Shown one piece after another: positions 47,598 through 56,933 of a DNA stretch of 64,000 nucleotides. The position numbers and the translations under genes are program-made. Positions within the stretch are counted from its first letter, which is position 1, and the number at the start of each line of letters is the position of its first letter. Under the pieces are notes generated by a model. It saw only the letters and a program-made list of their open reading frames with translations. It searched no databases and was not told the DNA's origin. Origin of the DNA: an uncultured Candidatus Saccharibacteria bacterium (GTDB lineage: Bacteria; Patescibacteriota; Saccharimonadia; Saccharimonadales; Saccharimonadaceae); NCBI GenBank assembly GCA_963522835.1, contig CAUQZB010000007.1, positions 23,926 to 87,925 on the forward strand. Reading direction: 5' to 3'.

Positions 47598-47822
47598 ATG
47601 ACAAAAGCTCCACACACCACTGTAACCAAAACCAAGGCAGCAGCCAAAAAATCATCGAAGCGCACTAGTGCATCAGCCACTCACCCCTCATCACGTCAAA
47701 CCAAGCAACCCAAGACGGTCGACTACTACCCCAACCGCATGACTATTGCTGTCTCAGTGCTAGCTGGCACAGGACTTGTCTTGCTGTGTTTGATGGTGCG
47801 GATGACAGTGATTGTAGAGTAA
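47598..47822 (+). CDS. small basic protein with a C-terminal TM helix, hypothetical
   Basis: 74-codon ORF. TATACT at 47586-47591 lies 6 nt upstream of the ATG. The N-terminal half is K/T/S-rich, followed by IAVSVLAGTGLVLLCLMV. Confidence 0.45.
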   Translation: MTKAPHTTVTKTKAAAKKSSKRTSASATHPSSRQTKQPKTVDYYPNRMTIAVSVLAGTGLVLLCLMVRMTVIVE

Positions 47823-47977
47823 GCACACTAAAGTAACCAGGCCACCCGTAGTGATATTTCATTTTCAATGAAAAATACCACACTTTTTACAGACAAGAGT
47901 TGATAACCCGGCCGATTAATAATTAAAGCTCTCTCGGTTATGGCACAGTGTGTTATAGTATGCTATAGTGTGTCATT

Positions 47978-50473
47978 ATGACACATCGTTTTTCTATTTT
48001 TCAGGGGCGGCGGCGCCCGATGCTTTTTGTTGCACTTGGTGTGAGTATTACCCTGCTTGTAGGGAGTGTTATTGCTCTCTATTTAGTATCGCAGCCAAGT
48101 GCTCAGTCACCCAATGGCCGCAAAAAAACAATCGACCTTCTTACCAAGACAAATACCCAAACGCAGCAGCGTCGCATCACCTCACAGTTGGGTTTTAGTC
48201 TAGAGTACGACCCAGGAGTTATGACAGCAGAGGGGATTGTCCAAAATCCCAACAGTGAGCCAGGAACATTTCAGGGGCAAACATATAATGGCGATCAACT
48301 CCAAGAGGCACGCAACTACGGCATCATTACCCTACACCTCACTAACAAGACGTCTAGTACACCACAGCCAGCCGCTGCGCAGCAGTCACAACTTACTATT
48401 ACCGCTAACCGTAACAAAAATTACTTCGGTAGCAAAGACAGCATCCCTGAGTACAAGGGGAAGTCTAACCTTGACATCATCACCCAAGAGAAACGCAAAA
48501 GCCTTGCTCATGCTGGACGTGATGATGAGATCAACGAACGCGCTATTACTATCGCAGGCAAAAAATATCGTGAGCTTCACGTCAAACATCGCCTCAAAGC
48601 TCTTAATGGTCAGCTCACTATCTGGCGACAATCCTACTACTACCTAACCGTCCAGCACGACCGACCATATTGGCTTGCCGTAACCAACCTACCTGCCAAT
48701 GACCGCGATGCGCTCACTACCTGGCAAAATGTAATCTCTCGCGTCTCCTATACGCAGCCACAGGACGGTGCGCTATCTTCTAGCCAGCCCGTGATCGCAC
48801 GCCTAGCTGCAGCCAATAGACCAACCGACACCGCTAACATCCACGGCACAGTCGGCGACGACATTATGCTCAGTGTGGTAGCAAAAAATCAGCTAGCAAC
48901 AGTTAGAGTTGGTGCAATGCGCTGTGCTCGCCTCACCTTTCGCGTCCAGAGTAATACTCTCGCACTAGCAAAGGCTTGTAATGGCGGCATTGGGAGTGGG
49001 TCGATCGTGTCATCGGATGGCGTTGTTGTCACTAATGGCCACGTTGTCGAAACAACCGATACTGATCTCCTTGCCAATGCCTTCCCAACCTCCCAACAAG
49101 AGTGGGATAACTATGTCCAATTTGTCACTGGAGCGGGTTATGCAACTGAGACGCAGATACGCGAGCTTATCAGCCAAGTCGAAAACGATGATATGGCTGC
49201 CGCCCAAAAGCTTATAGCCTATCTGCAGCTTGTGCCAAAATCTAACATTACAGTAAGTAACAGTCGCACCGACTACGTTATCCAGACGTCTGATGATCCA
49301 ATCCGCCTTACAGAAGAAAATACCTGGCAAAAATCTGCCACCAACAAAACTGCGACACTCATTGACAAAGAAGTTGATACAGGTGATGTCGATCTCTCGT
49401 CTCGATATACCGACGTTGCACTCCTCAAGATGAGCGGTACATTCCCAACGATCCAACAGCTGTCGTCGCTCAGCTCAGTCCAAAACGGCGACCGCATTAC
49501 TGCAGTAGGGTACCCAGCGCTTGTTGATGGTGGCATTAGCACTAAGCAGTCTCGCACCATACCCACCGTTTCTACTGGTACGACAAGCAGGACACTGCGT
49601 GATGGCGGCGGGCACTCGCTTATTTTGACTACTACCGAGATCTCTTCTGGCAGTAGTGGTGGCCCTGCTTTTAATGCGAAGGGTGAGCAAGTTGGTATCA
49701 CAACATATGCGCGAGAATCATGCACGAAAGAAGAATCGTGCTTTGGTAGCGGTATTGCCCGAGATGCACAAGACGCACAAACTATGGCAACCAAGCAGCG
49801 TGTCTCCATTGCCACTAATGGTGAACTCACCAAACTATGGCAGACAGGTATCGATGAATTTGTTGCTGGGCGCTACAGCGCTGCAGCACGGTCATTTAGT
49901 AGTCTCAACAGCAAATACCCAGGTAATTATCTTGTAACAAAATTCCTATCAACCGCCCAGAATCAACCACGAGATGAAACCGACCAGACTACAACACCTA
50001 GCCCAGATGCTCGCAATGCAGACCCAAGTACAAATCCTGATACTAGCATCGATTACTCCTACACTCCGCTCACATCAAGCGAACGTAGTACGGTTGTCAT
50101 ACTTATCATCTGCTTTATGGTAATTATCGTGGTCGCGATTGCAGTAATTGGCTTCGCTATCTGGGCTGGCACCCGCAAGAAGAACTCTACTCAGCCGCGT
50201 TACCCCTACCCATTACGGCCAACAGCGCAGCCTGGGCAACCACCCGTTGGCTACACAAGTCAGCCACAACCACCCGTCCAGCAACCATATTATCCGCCCC
50301 AGTCTCAACCTCAGCCATATCCACCAACTCAGCAAGTTACACCAGTGCAGGCGCCTATGGTGCAGCCAGCAACACAGCCTTCATCACCAACTGATCCACT
50401 ACCACCACAGCAGCCGCAGGCTACTCAACCCTCAGCACCGACTGAGTCATCTACTCCCGCTCCATTCGAGTAA
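47978..50473 (+). CDS. membrane-anchored trypsin-like (S1C) serine protease with a second TM and a P/Q-rich C-terminal tail
   Basis: N-terminal TM, VVTNGHVVE (His), SSGSSGGPAFNAKGEQVGI (Ser), a late TM VVILIICFMVIIVVAIAVIGFAIWA, then a proline/glutamine-rich tail (QPGQPPVGYTSQPQPPVQQPYYPPQSQPQPYPP...). Confidence 0.8.
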   Translation: MTHRFSIFQGRRRPMLFVALGVSITLLVGSVIALYLVSQPSAQSPNGRKKTIDLLTKTNTQTQQRRITSQLGFSLEYDPGVMTAEGIVQNPNSEPGTFQGQTYNGDQLQEARNYGIITLHLTNKTSSTPQPAAAQQSQLTITANRNKNYFGSKDSIPEYKGKSNLDIITQEKRKSLAHAGRDDEINERAITIAGKKYRELHVKHRLKALNGQLTIWRQSYYYLTVQHDRPYWLAVTNLPANDRDALTTWQNVISRVSYTQPQDGALSSSQPVIARLAAANRPTDTANIHGTVGDDIMLSVVAKNQLATVRVGAMRCARLTFRVQSNTLALAKACNGGIGSGSIVSSDGVVVTNGHVVETTDTDLLANAFPTSQQEWDNYVQFVTGAGYATETQIRELISQVENDDMAAAQKLIAYLQLVPKSNITVSNSRTDYVIQTSDDPIRLTEENTWQKSATNKTATLIDKEVDTGDVDLSSRYTDVALLKMSGTFPTIQQLSSLSSVQNGDRITAVGYPALVDGGISTKQSRTIPTVSTGTTSRTLRDGGGHSLILTTTEISSGSSGGPAFNAKGEQVGITTYARESCTKEESCFGSGIARDAQDAQTMATKQRVSIATNGELTKLWQTGIDEFVAGRYSAAARSFSSLNSKYPGNYLVTKFLSTAQNQPRDETDQTTTPSPDARNADPSTNPDTSIDYSYTPLTSSERSTVVILIICFMVIIVVAIAVIGFAIWAGTRKKNSTQPRYPYPLRPTAQPGQPPVGYTSQPQPPVQQPYYPPQSQPQPYPPTQQVTPVQAPMVQPATQPSSPTDPLPPQQPQATQPSAPTESSTPAPFE

Positions 50474-50515
50474 TGATAGCGTCGGCCACCAGCAAATTGT
50501 GGTATACTAAAGACC

Positions 50516-51649
50516 ATGAGAGTACGGATAGAGATAGACACAAAGACCTTTGTGCGGTTTTGGCTGGTAGTAATTGGTTTTGCCTTTGCAATCCTCGCGA
50601 TTTATCTGGCGCAGACTGCCTTGATTATGATTGGCACGGCGGGGTTCCTCGCGCTGGCACTCAATGGGCCGGTCAATGCCATCGTCGAGCGCTTGCCAAA
50701 TCGCAGCCGCACACTCAGCACTGCCCTCGCCTTCATTAGCATTGTGGCGCTACTTGGAGTGGTTCTTGTGCTTGTGGTACCACCTATCGTCCAGCAGACG
50801 AGCAAGTTTGTCGACGCCCTGCCGGGGATGGTCCATACAGCGGGCGAGCAGTGGCATAGCTTTGGTGCTTTTGCCGAGCAGTATCATATCCAAGCGCAGG
50901 TGGATCAAGTAGTAGAGAGTGCTCGCAGCAGTGTCGAGTCCTGGACGCGTGGCCTTAGCGGCAACCTCCTTGCCGGCATTAGCTCCGTCTTCTCTGCAGT
51001 CGGCTCAGGGTTCTTGGTGCTCGTCCTCACCTTCTTGATGCTGACGGAAGGGCCAGCCTGGGCAGAGCGCTTTTGGGGGCTCTACCGCGATCAAGCCACG
51101 ATGGAGCGCCACAAGAAGGTCGCCCACCGCATGCATGCCGTGGTAACAGGCTATGTGACGGGCCAGCTCACCATCTCAGGTATTGGCGCGCTGTTTGCTG
51201 GGGCGGCGGTCTTTGTGCTGAGCCTCTTTTTCTCGGCTATTCCAAGCAATCTTGCGCTCGTCACCATTGCCGTTACCTTCGTCTTGGCGCTCATCCCTAT
51301 GTTTGGCGCGACGATTGCCGGGGTGATGATCTCCCTCTTGCTTGCCTTTAATGCCTTGCCAGGTGGCCTCATCTTTGCGGCATTTTTCATCATCTACCAG
51401 CAGATCGAGAATAACTTCATCTCACCCACCATTCAGTCGCGCAAAATTGATCTCACGCCACTAGTTGTCCTTGTTGCCATCACCATCGGTCTCTATATCT
51501 TTGGCATCATCGGTGGTCTCATCTCCATCCCCATCGCTGGCTGCTGCAAAGTCCTACTCGACGACTACCTCGAGCACAACGCCCGTGCTCGCGAAGAATC
51601 CACCAAGCCACTAGCCAAGCTGGTGGAGAAGATTAAGGGCGAGAGCTAA
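50516..51649 (+). CDS. AI-2E family transporter (PerM/UPF0118)
   Basis: 377 aa with about 8 TM helices. The overall layout and the C-terminal ...IENNFISPTIQSRKIDLTPLVVLVAI...GIIGGLISIPIAG are typical of AI-2E permeases. Confidence 0.82.
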   Translation: MRVRIEIDTKTFVRFWLVVIGFAFAILAIYLAQTALIMIGTAGFLALALNGPVNAIVERLPNRSRTLSTALAFISIVALLGVVLVLVVPPIVQQTSKFVDALPGMVHTAGEQWHSFGAFAEQYHIQAQVDQVVESARSSVESWTRGLSGNLLAGISSVFSAVGSGFLVLVLTFLMLTEGPAWAERFWGLYRDQATMERHKKVAHRMHAVVTGYVTGQLTISGIGALFAGAAVFVLSLFFSAIPSNLALVTIAVTFVLALIPMFGATIAGVMISLLLAFNALPGGLIFAAFFIIYQQIENNFISPTIQSRKIDLTPLVVLVAITIGLYIFGIIGGLISIPIAGCCKVLLDDYLEHNARAREESTKPLAKLVEKIKGES

Positions 51650-51728
51650 AGCCAATAGAGCTTGACTGTTGTCTATCAGCTAGTCGACACAGTGGTGGTC
51701 ACAACACAAGATAGATCATGAGGTGTAT

Positions 51729-52172
51729 TTATAGATTTGGTCGCCTCGACGCCATCTCAATCCCCAGATCAACCTCAAGCGGATCCTCGCCCTCGTCCAG
51801 CTCATCTACTTCTTCTGCGGAGTAGTAACGACCATCTTCTAGCTCTTCAGGAGCACGCCATGCGTAGTAAGTCAATGAAGCTGGTTCACTGATCTGAAGG
51901 ATGTCACGCAGGATGTGGATCGACTGTAATGAAAATGATGAATACTCTGAACTCAGCAACGGCAGTGAACGAGAGAAAGAGTGAGGATTCTCCTTATTCT
52001 TTAGAGTACACGATATGCCGCCATTCATTATAATGTACTCTATGTACTTTAAGTTCTCGTCACTCTTGTCATTATATATCAGTGTTATATGAGTGCGATC
52101 CTCTGCATGCATGAGTATTGCTGAAATTCTGCATGCGAATTCGTCCCATGTTATTGTGTTAATATTGTGCAC
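51729..52172 (-). CDS. hypothetical small acidic cytoplasmic protein
   Basis: 147-codon ORF that is AT-richer than its neighbours, with a very acidic C-terminus (EEVDELDEGEDPLEVDLGIE). It loosely resembles YbjN/T3SS-chaperone-like sensory domains, but this is unverified. Confidence 0.5.
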   Translation of the reverse strand: MHNINTITWDEFACRISAILMHAEDRTHITLIYNDKSDENLKYIEYIIMNGGISCTLKNKENPHSFSRSLPLLSSEYSSFSLQSIHILRDILQISEPASLTYYAWRAPEELEDGRYYSAEEVDELDEGEDPLEVDLGIEMASRRPNL

Positions 52173-52186
52173 TTGTCAGCCTCCTT

Positions 52187-52651
52187 TTAGTCTTCATTTA
52201 GTATCTGTGTGAATTGAGGAGAGTGAAGAAATATGCCAACAGATGAACGGGTGTTACTTAGCTGTAGTTGGCATCCTGTAATGGACGTCCATATCGCAGT
52301 CTCATCCTCCTGCTCGCGAACAATTTTTGGGTCGCCCCAGGCTGCCTTTCCGGCATTAACGTAGCCTACGAATGTATCGTTCATAAAAACATCGCGAGCG
52401 CTAGAACTAACTATGTCTACGTCAGTTAGACTCCAAGAAATAGTGTTCAGGCCTGCAACTGGATCAGAGGTCACCATGAGCATCGGGCGATTAACTGGAA
52501 TATCTTTAGCAATACTACTCGCGTCACTTTCGTCCCAGCCTAGTTTTTCCATAGCCGCTGTCAACTTATCTTCCGTGAGTGGCCAATCTTGGTTGACCCA
52601 GTAATTTACAAGTTCAGCAAATCTTTGTGGGGTAATGCTGTTCCATGTCAT
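52187..52651 (-). CDS. hypothetical protein, single copy of the WP..GW..AWG domain
   Basis: 154-codon ORF. QDWPLTEDKLTAAMEKLGWDE and GKAAWGDPKI match both halves of ORF 2742..3803. Confidence 0.55.
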   Translation of the reverse strand: MTWNSITPQRFAELVNYWVNQDWPLTEDKLTAAMEKLGWDESDASSIAKDIPVNRPMLMVTSDPVAGLNTISWSLTDVDIVSSSARDVFMNDTFVGYVNAGKAAWGDPKIVREQEDETAIWTSITGCQLQLSNTRSSVGIFLHSPQFTQILNED

Positions 52652-52745
52652 GATGATAGTATTATACCACCATCATATCCTACACACCATCGCTATTTTG
52701 TGCTATCACACTACTGCTCTGTGCGTGGTTCATCGTGTCATAATA

Positions 52746-53462
52746 CTATCTCGGCACGCAGCGGTACACCACTGTTTGGTCTCGCATGCATAACTGCACA
52801 ACTGGTGCAATAACTCCTGCCGTCTTGAGCGTATCGGGCGACGACCAATCGTAGCGTGGCCCTCCCTCACTGCCATATTCAATCGGCGCAACGACTAGAT
52901 TGTAATAATGATGCATTAGCACCAGCGCACGCAACGGATCGACAAGCGGCGCGGTTGCCATCGGCTCATCAGACATATCAAGCTCGAGTGTTTGCCATGC
53001 TGCGTCGGGTATCTCCTCAGTCTCCTCGGATGCGTTATATCTATCATAGCTCACAGCCAAGCCACTACCGTTATAGCCAAGACCTGGCAGTTTCTCAGCA
53101 TAGTCTGGCAGGTACGCCGCGATGGCAAGGTCGATATTCTCTGGTAGGGTTTTATCCGCATCATAGCCCGTCCGCTTAGTCAGTGGCAGATCCTCAGGTG
53201 GCAGCCCAGCACTGAGGTACGCTTCGCACACAATGAGGTCGCCCAGTATAATCGTCGCTTCGTTGATGTCGTGATTGTTATATTCGCTATTCTCATATGC
53301 TCTGCGGCGCACTGCATCATATACCACAGTCAAGGCGGCAATCTTCTGGTCTGACGGCGATGGTTCTTGCTCTGCCTGTGGTGTAGCTGTCTTTTCTGAT
53401 AGAGTCTCGTGATTCATATCGACTATGATGGGGCATCCCTTGGCGCTTGTCAAGCAATGCAT
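52746..53462 (-). CDS. hypothetical acidic protein
   Basis: 238-codon ORF. The start is uncertain between 53462 and ATG 53417 (MNHETLSEK). No family recognised. Confidence 0.5.
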   Translation of the reverse strand: MHCLTSAKGCPIIVDMNHETLSEKTATPQAEQEPSPSDQKIAALTVVYDAVRRRAYENSEYNNHDINEATIILGDLIVCEAYLSAGLPPEDLPLTKRTGYDADKTLPENIDLAIAAYLPDYAEKLPGLGYNGSGLAVSYDRYNASEETEEIPDAAWQTLELDMSDEPMATAPLVDPLRALVLMHHYYNLVVAPIEYGSEGGPRYDWSSPDTLKTAGVIAPVVQLCMRDQTVVYRCVPR

Positions 53463-53546
53463 GTGAATATACTTGCGTCTATTTATACAATATATTATTC
53501 TAATAGTGTAATCTGCGTTATATTTAATACATGCGAGGGAGATGAA

Positions 53547-53870
53547 ATGCTTGAGAGGTTTAAGTTATTCAAAGAAAAAGACCCTACTAAACCGTCTTTG
53601 AGAGGGTCAGAAGTTTATGTTCACTCGGGTCTGTGGGATCCATGAGGAGCACTTGAAGGTGATGGGATTGACGACCCAGATAAAGTACGGTATCTTGTTG
53701 AAATTATAGAAGCATATAATGCTGTCGACGACACAACACCCGAGGGTGCTATTGAGAGGGAAAGACTTGCAAATGAATTTACTAGAGCGGTAGAACTCGG
53801 GCACGCTGCTGTACTAGAAAGCAACACAGACACAGCATCAGAGGATCGTACTGACACTAGCAATGCGTAA
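53547..53870 (+). pseudogene. small acidic-protein gene interrupted by a single in-frame TGA (53643-53645); pseudogene or recoding candidate
   Basis: GAGGGAG lies 5 nt upstream of ATG 53547. After 32 codons comes TGA, and the same frame then stays open for 74 more sense codons to TAA 53868-53870 with no in-frame ATG/GTG/TTG. A strong terminator follows at 53909-53940. Confidence 0.45.
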
Positions 53871-53908
53871 GGATTTCTAAACATTACCTATCGTCGCACC
53901 AAGCCTCA

Positions 53909-53940
53909 AATGACGACCCTCCAGTAGGGTCGTCATTTTA
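53909..53940 (+). terminator. rho-independent terminator
   Basis: AATGACGACCC (53909-53919) pairs with GGGTCGTCATT (53927-53937) around a 7-nt loop, running into TTTTA. Confidence 0.6.
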
Positions 53941-53984
53941 TCATCTCTCGTACTTTACCAGGCGTCGCTATGGTTTATCAGAGA

Positions 53985-55475
53985 TTATTGAGCGATTTTC
54001 TCTTCCGCCCACCACCACACCGGCCCTTGCGGGGTGTCGCGCACGGCAATGTGCTGCGTGGCGAGCTCGGCACGCAGGCGGTCGGCTGTGGGCCAGTCGC
54101 GGGCTTCGCGGGCACGCTGGCGCTGGAGGATGAGCTGCTTTGCCTCATCTGTAATATCTGGCGTCGACTCACAGAGGTCGAGACCAAGTAGCTGGTCAAT
54201 CGCCGCTAGCAACTCCTCCAATCCACGATGGTACACTGCTGCCAGTGGCCGCGCTAGCACCCGATCAAATGCTTCGTCGATGAGTCGCAGCGCCTCGGGG
54301 GTATTCAGGTCATTGGCGAGCGCCTCACGTACTGCCCCACTTGCTGCCAGGAGCGACACATGGCCCGATTGCTCGTCACTCTTGCGCTGGTCATCATCCA
54401 GGCTCTCATACGTCTGGTGGCGCAGGCACGCCACTTCATACCACTTGCGCAGGCGATTGCGCGCTGCACTGAGGTTTTCCCAGCTAAAGTTCCCCTCGTG
54501 CGAGTAGTGGCTCTGTAAGACAAACAGCTTATACTCTATGGGGGTGTAGCCCCGCTCGGCGAGGTCGGTCAAGGTATAACCATTGCCCAGGCTCTTGCTA
54601 ATCTTCGTGCCATTAACCTTGAGGTGGTTGCAGTGCAGCCAGTAGTGAGCAAAGGGTTGGCCCGTCGCAGCCTCGCTCTGAGCGATTTCGTTGCTGTGAT
54701 GGACGGGGATATGATCAATCCCACCAGTGTGGATGTCGAGCGTCGCGCCAAGGAAGTGCATTGCAATCGCCGAGCATTCCAAGTGCCACCCCGGGAAGCC
54801 CATCACTGGCGCACTGTCTGCTGGTGGCTGGTCGAGCAGCTCCGGTGGCGTGGGCCACTCCATGTCGCGCTTGACGCCATCTGGCGAGAACTTCCATAGA
54901 GCAAAGTCGCTCGCGTGGCGCTTCTCGCTATTGGGGCCAATCCGTGCCCCCGCCCGCAAGGCTCGCAGATCGAGCCGGGCAAAGTCTGCATAGGCCGGGA
55001 AGGTACTGGTATCAAAATAAATCCCATCACTCGTCTGGTAGGTGTGCCCCTTACGCTTGAGAGTAATGGCAAGCTGGATTTGCTCGTCGATATAGTCGGT
55101 AGCACGGGCCAGCTGGCTCGGCGGTGTTAAGTGCAACGCGTTCATCCCGCGGATGAAGTCATCAGCGTAGAATTTAGCAATCTGCCAGGCGGTCTTACCC
55201 TCGCGGCGCGCACCCTTCTCGAGCTTGTCTTCACCTTCATCGGCATCACTTGTCAGGTGGCCGACATCGGTGATATTCATCACGCGCTCCACCTCGTAGC
55301 CCTCCGCCTGAAGCATGCGCACCAAGATATCCCAGTAGATATACGCCGCCCAGTTGCCAACATGCAAATAGCTATACACTGTTGGCCCACAGGTGTAGAG
55401 CGACACCTTGCCAGGCTGGAGCGGCACAAATGTATCGAGCTGACGAGTCAGTGTATTAGCAAACTTAATCGCCAT
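53985..55475 (-). CDS. cysS: cysteine--tRNA ligase
   Basis: YTCGPTVYSYLHVGNW (HIGH) and KISKSLGN (KMSKS). I placed the start at ATG 55475 (MAIKFANTLTRQ...). The ORF-track N-terminal extension overlaps the upstream gene. Confidence 0.93.
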   Translation of the reverse strand: MAIKFANTLTRQLDTFVPLQPGKVSLYTCGPTVYSYLHVGNWAAYIYWDILVRMLQAEGYEVERVMNITDVGHLTSDADEGEDKLEKGARREGKTAWQIAKFYADDFIRGMNALHLTPPSQLARATDYIDEQIQLAITLKRKGHTYQTSDGIYFDTSTFPAYADFARLDLRALRAGARIGPNSEKRHASDFALWKFSPDGVKRDMEWPTPPELLDQPPADSAPVMGFPGWHLECSAIAMHFLGATLDIHTGGIDHIPVHHSNEIAQSEAATGQPFAHYWLHCNHLKVNGTKISKSLGNGYTLTDLAERGYTPIEYKLFVLQSHYSHEGNFSWENLSAARNRLRKWYEVACLRHQTYESLDDDQRKSDEQSGHVSLLAASGAVREALANDLNTPEALRLIDEAFDRVLARPLAAVYHRGLEELLAAIDQLLGLDLCESTPDITDEAKQLILQRQRAREARDWPTADRLRAELATQHIAVRDTPQGPVWWWAEEKIAQ

Positions 55476-56469
55476 GAGCTGCCTCGTTCTCATCATATTC
55501 AACGAAGGCCCGGCTGGCTGCCTCGACGATCTCGCGCATTGCCAGCTGGTAGTCCTCATACATCCGCCAACCCGCTGCATAGGCATGGCCGCCGCCGCCA
55601 AAGTACCCAGCGATCATTGCCGCTACTGGCGCATTGCTGCGAATCTTGCCAGTCAGCTTGCCATCGGGGTAGGTCTTGATCGCAATCGCCACATCTACCC
55701 CCTCTACCAAGCGCATCTCGTCTAGCACGAGCATACTGGGGTTATATTGGTCGCTATATTCCTGGATCTCCTCCCACGGGATGTGGATGAGTGCCAAGCG
55801 GCCATCTAGCATATACTCGATCCGCTCGATCAAGCGCCCTTTGTAGCGAAGGATCTCTGGCGCTTTTTTCATAAAGTCGCGGCGGCGCACCTCAATGGCG
55901 GCATTGCTTGCGCCCAGCCGGGTCAGCTCTGCGACGGTCTGGATGGAGTCGGCCGTGGTGTTTTGCGTCGTGAGGCCGAGGCTATCGCTCATGATCGCGA
56001 TGAGGAGATTCTCTGCCGCTTGTGGGTTGATCGCCCATTGGGCGTGCTGCGCAAGGTTGTAGATGAGCTCACCAGTTGCCACCACATCTTGATTGATAAG
56101 TGTATGGTCAAAGCTTAGGGTACTCTCCGTCGCGTGGTGGTCTAGCACGAGCACTGGGTGCGTCGTGAGGAAGGCGCGAACACTCGGTGCTTCGAGCACT
56201 TTGCTGAGCAAGACATCTGCGCTGGTATCAACGATAATCGCCAGCTCGGCACTACTGTCAAACTCATCAGTAATGCGATCCCAGCCGCGGATATACCGCA
56301 AATATTTGGGCACTGCCACCGGGCAATAGAGCGTCACCTGCTTGCCCATATCGCCCAGAATTTCCTCCAGCGCGAGGCTACTGCCAACACTATCGCCATC
56401 GGGGTTTTCAGCTTGGATAATAATAATTTTGTCTGCGCGTTGAATCGCGCGTATCGCTTCGTCAAACAT
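55465..56469 (-). CDS. nrnA: DHH-family phosphoesterase (NrnA-like oligoribonuclease/pAp phosphatase)
   Basis: NPDGDSVGSSLAL, IIVDTS, VLDHH and the DHHA1 motif GGGGHAYAAG. Confidence 0.85.
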   Translation of the reverse strand: MFDEAIRAIQRADKIIIIQAENPDGDSVGSSLALEEILGDMGKQVTLYCPVAVPKYLRYIRGWDRITDEFDSSAELAIIVDTSADVLLSKVLEAPSVRAFLTTHPVLVLDHHATESTLSFDHTLINQDVVATGELIYNLAQHAQWAINPQAAENLLIAIMSDSLGLTTQNTTADSIQTVAELTRLGASNAAIEVRRRDFMKKAPEILRYKGRLIERIEYMLDGRLALIHIPWEEIQEYSDQYNPSMLVLDEMRLVEGVDVAIAIKTYPDGKLTGKIRSNAPVAAMIAGYFGGGGHAYAAGWRMYEDYQLAMREIVEAASRAFVEYDENEAAHGD

Positions 56470-56665
56470 CCTCTTTAGTGTAGCAGAATTTGCCAGTTGG
56501 TGCGAGGTATGGTACGGTGGATTTATGGCTTGGTATGCGAGCTACAGGATCGTAGTTAGCCAAGGACGAATCGCGATGAATATAGTGGGCGGAGTCTATT
56601 CTTATTTGCATAGCATTATAGAAATATGGTACGGTAGTTTTAGAAGCACTAGTGTGGAGGATTCT

Positions 56666-56893
56666 ATGACAGACCACGAGAACAGACCAAGCGCGAGCGA
56701 GATTAGTCAAGCACACGAGAGTGATCAGACAGCAACCTTGCGGCAAAAATTCGGAGCGAAATTTCTAGAGCTAGCCGAAAGAACAAAAGGTTTCATAGAC
56801 ACCGCACGAATGATATACTGGCACGGCTTCCCGCTCCCTCCATATGAAAAGGATAAACCGGCAACTCCTAGAGAAATGAATTCAGAGAAATAA
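56666..56893 (+). CDS. small hypothetical protein
   Basis: GGAGGA lies 5 nt upstream of ATG 56666 (MTDHENRPSASEISQ...). The ORF-track start at 56525 lacks such a signal. Confidence 0.4.
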   Translation: MTDHENRPSASEISQAHESDQTATLRQKFGAKFLELAERTKGFIDTARMIYWHGFPLPPYEKDKPATPREMNSEK

Positions 56894-56933
56894 CCACGCA
56901 AAATACCAGAGTCTATATCAGTACTAACGATCC

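Noticed and set aside
53643-53645. Genome-wide UGA reassignment (genetic code 4 or 25) as the explanation for the in-frame TGA.
   Set aside because: Long conserved genes are intact under the standard code, and several end at TGA exactly where expected (tatD 357-359, rsmA 7453-7455, histidine kinase 62843-62845).
53621-53884. An 87-codon minus-strand ORF opposite the UGA-interrupted gene.
   Set aside because: Its Ser-rich, low-complexity translation is typical of the antisense of an acidic coding frame. The RBS, start and terminator all support the + strand.
55476-55601. The N-terminal 42-codon extension of the cysS ORF.
   Set aside because: It overlaps the upstream DHH phosphoesterase gene. 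CysRS similarity begins at MAIKFANTLTRQ (ATG 55475).
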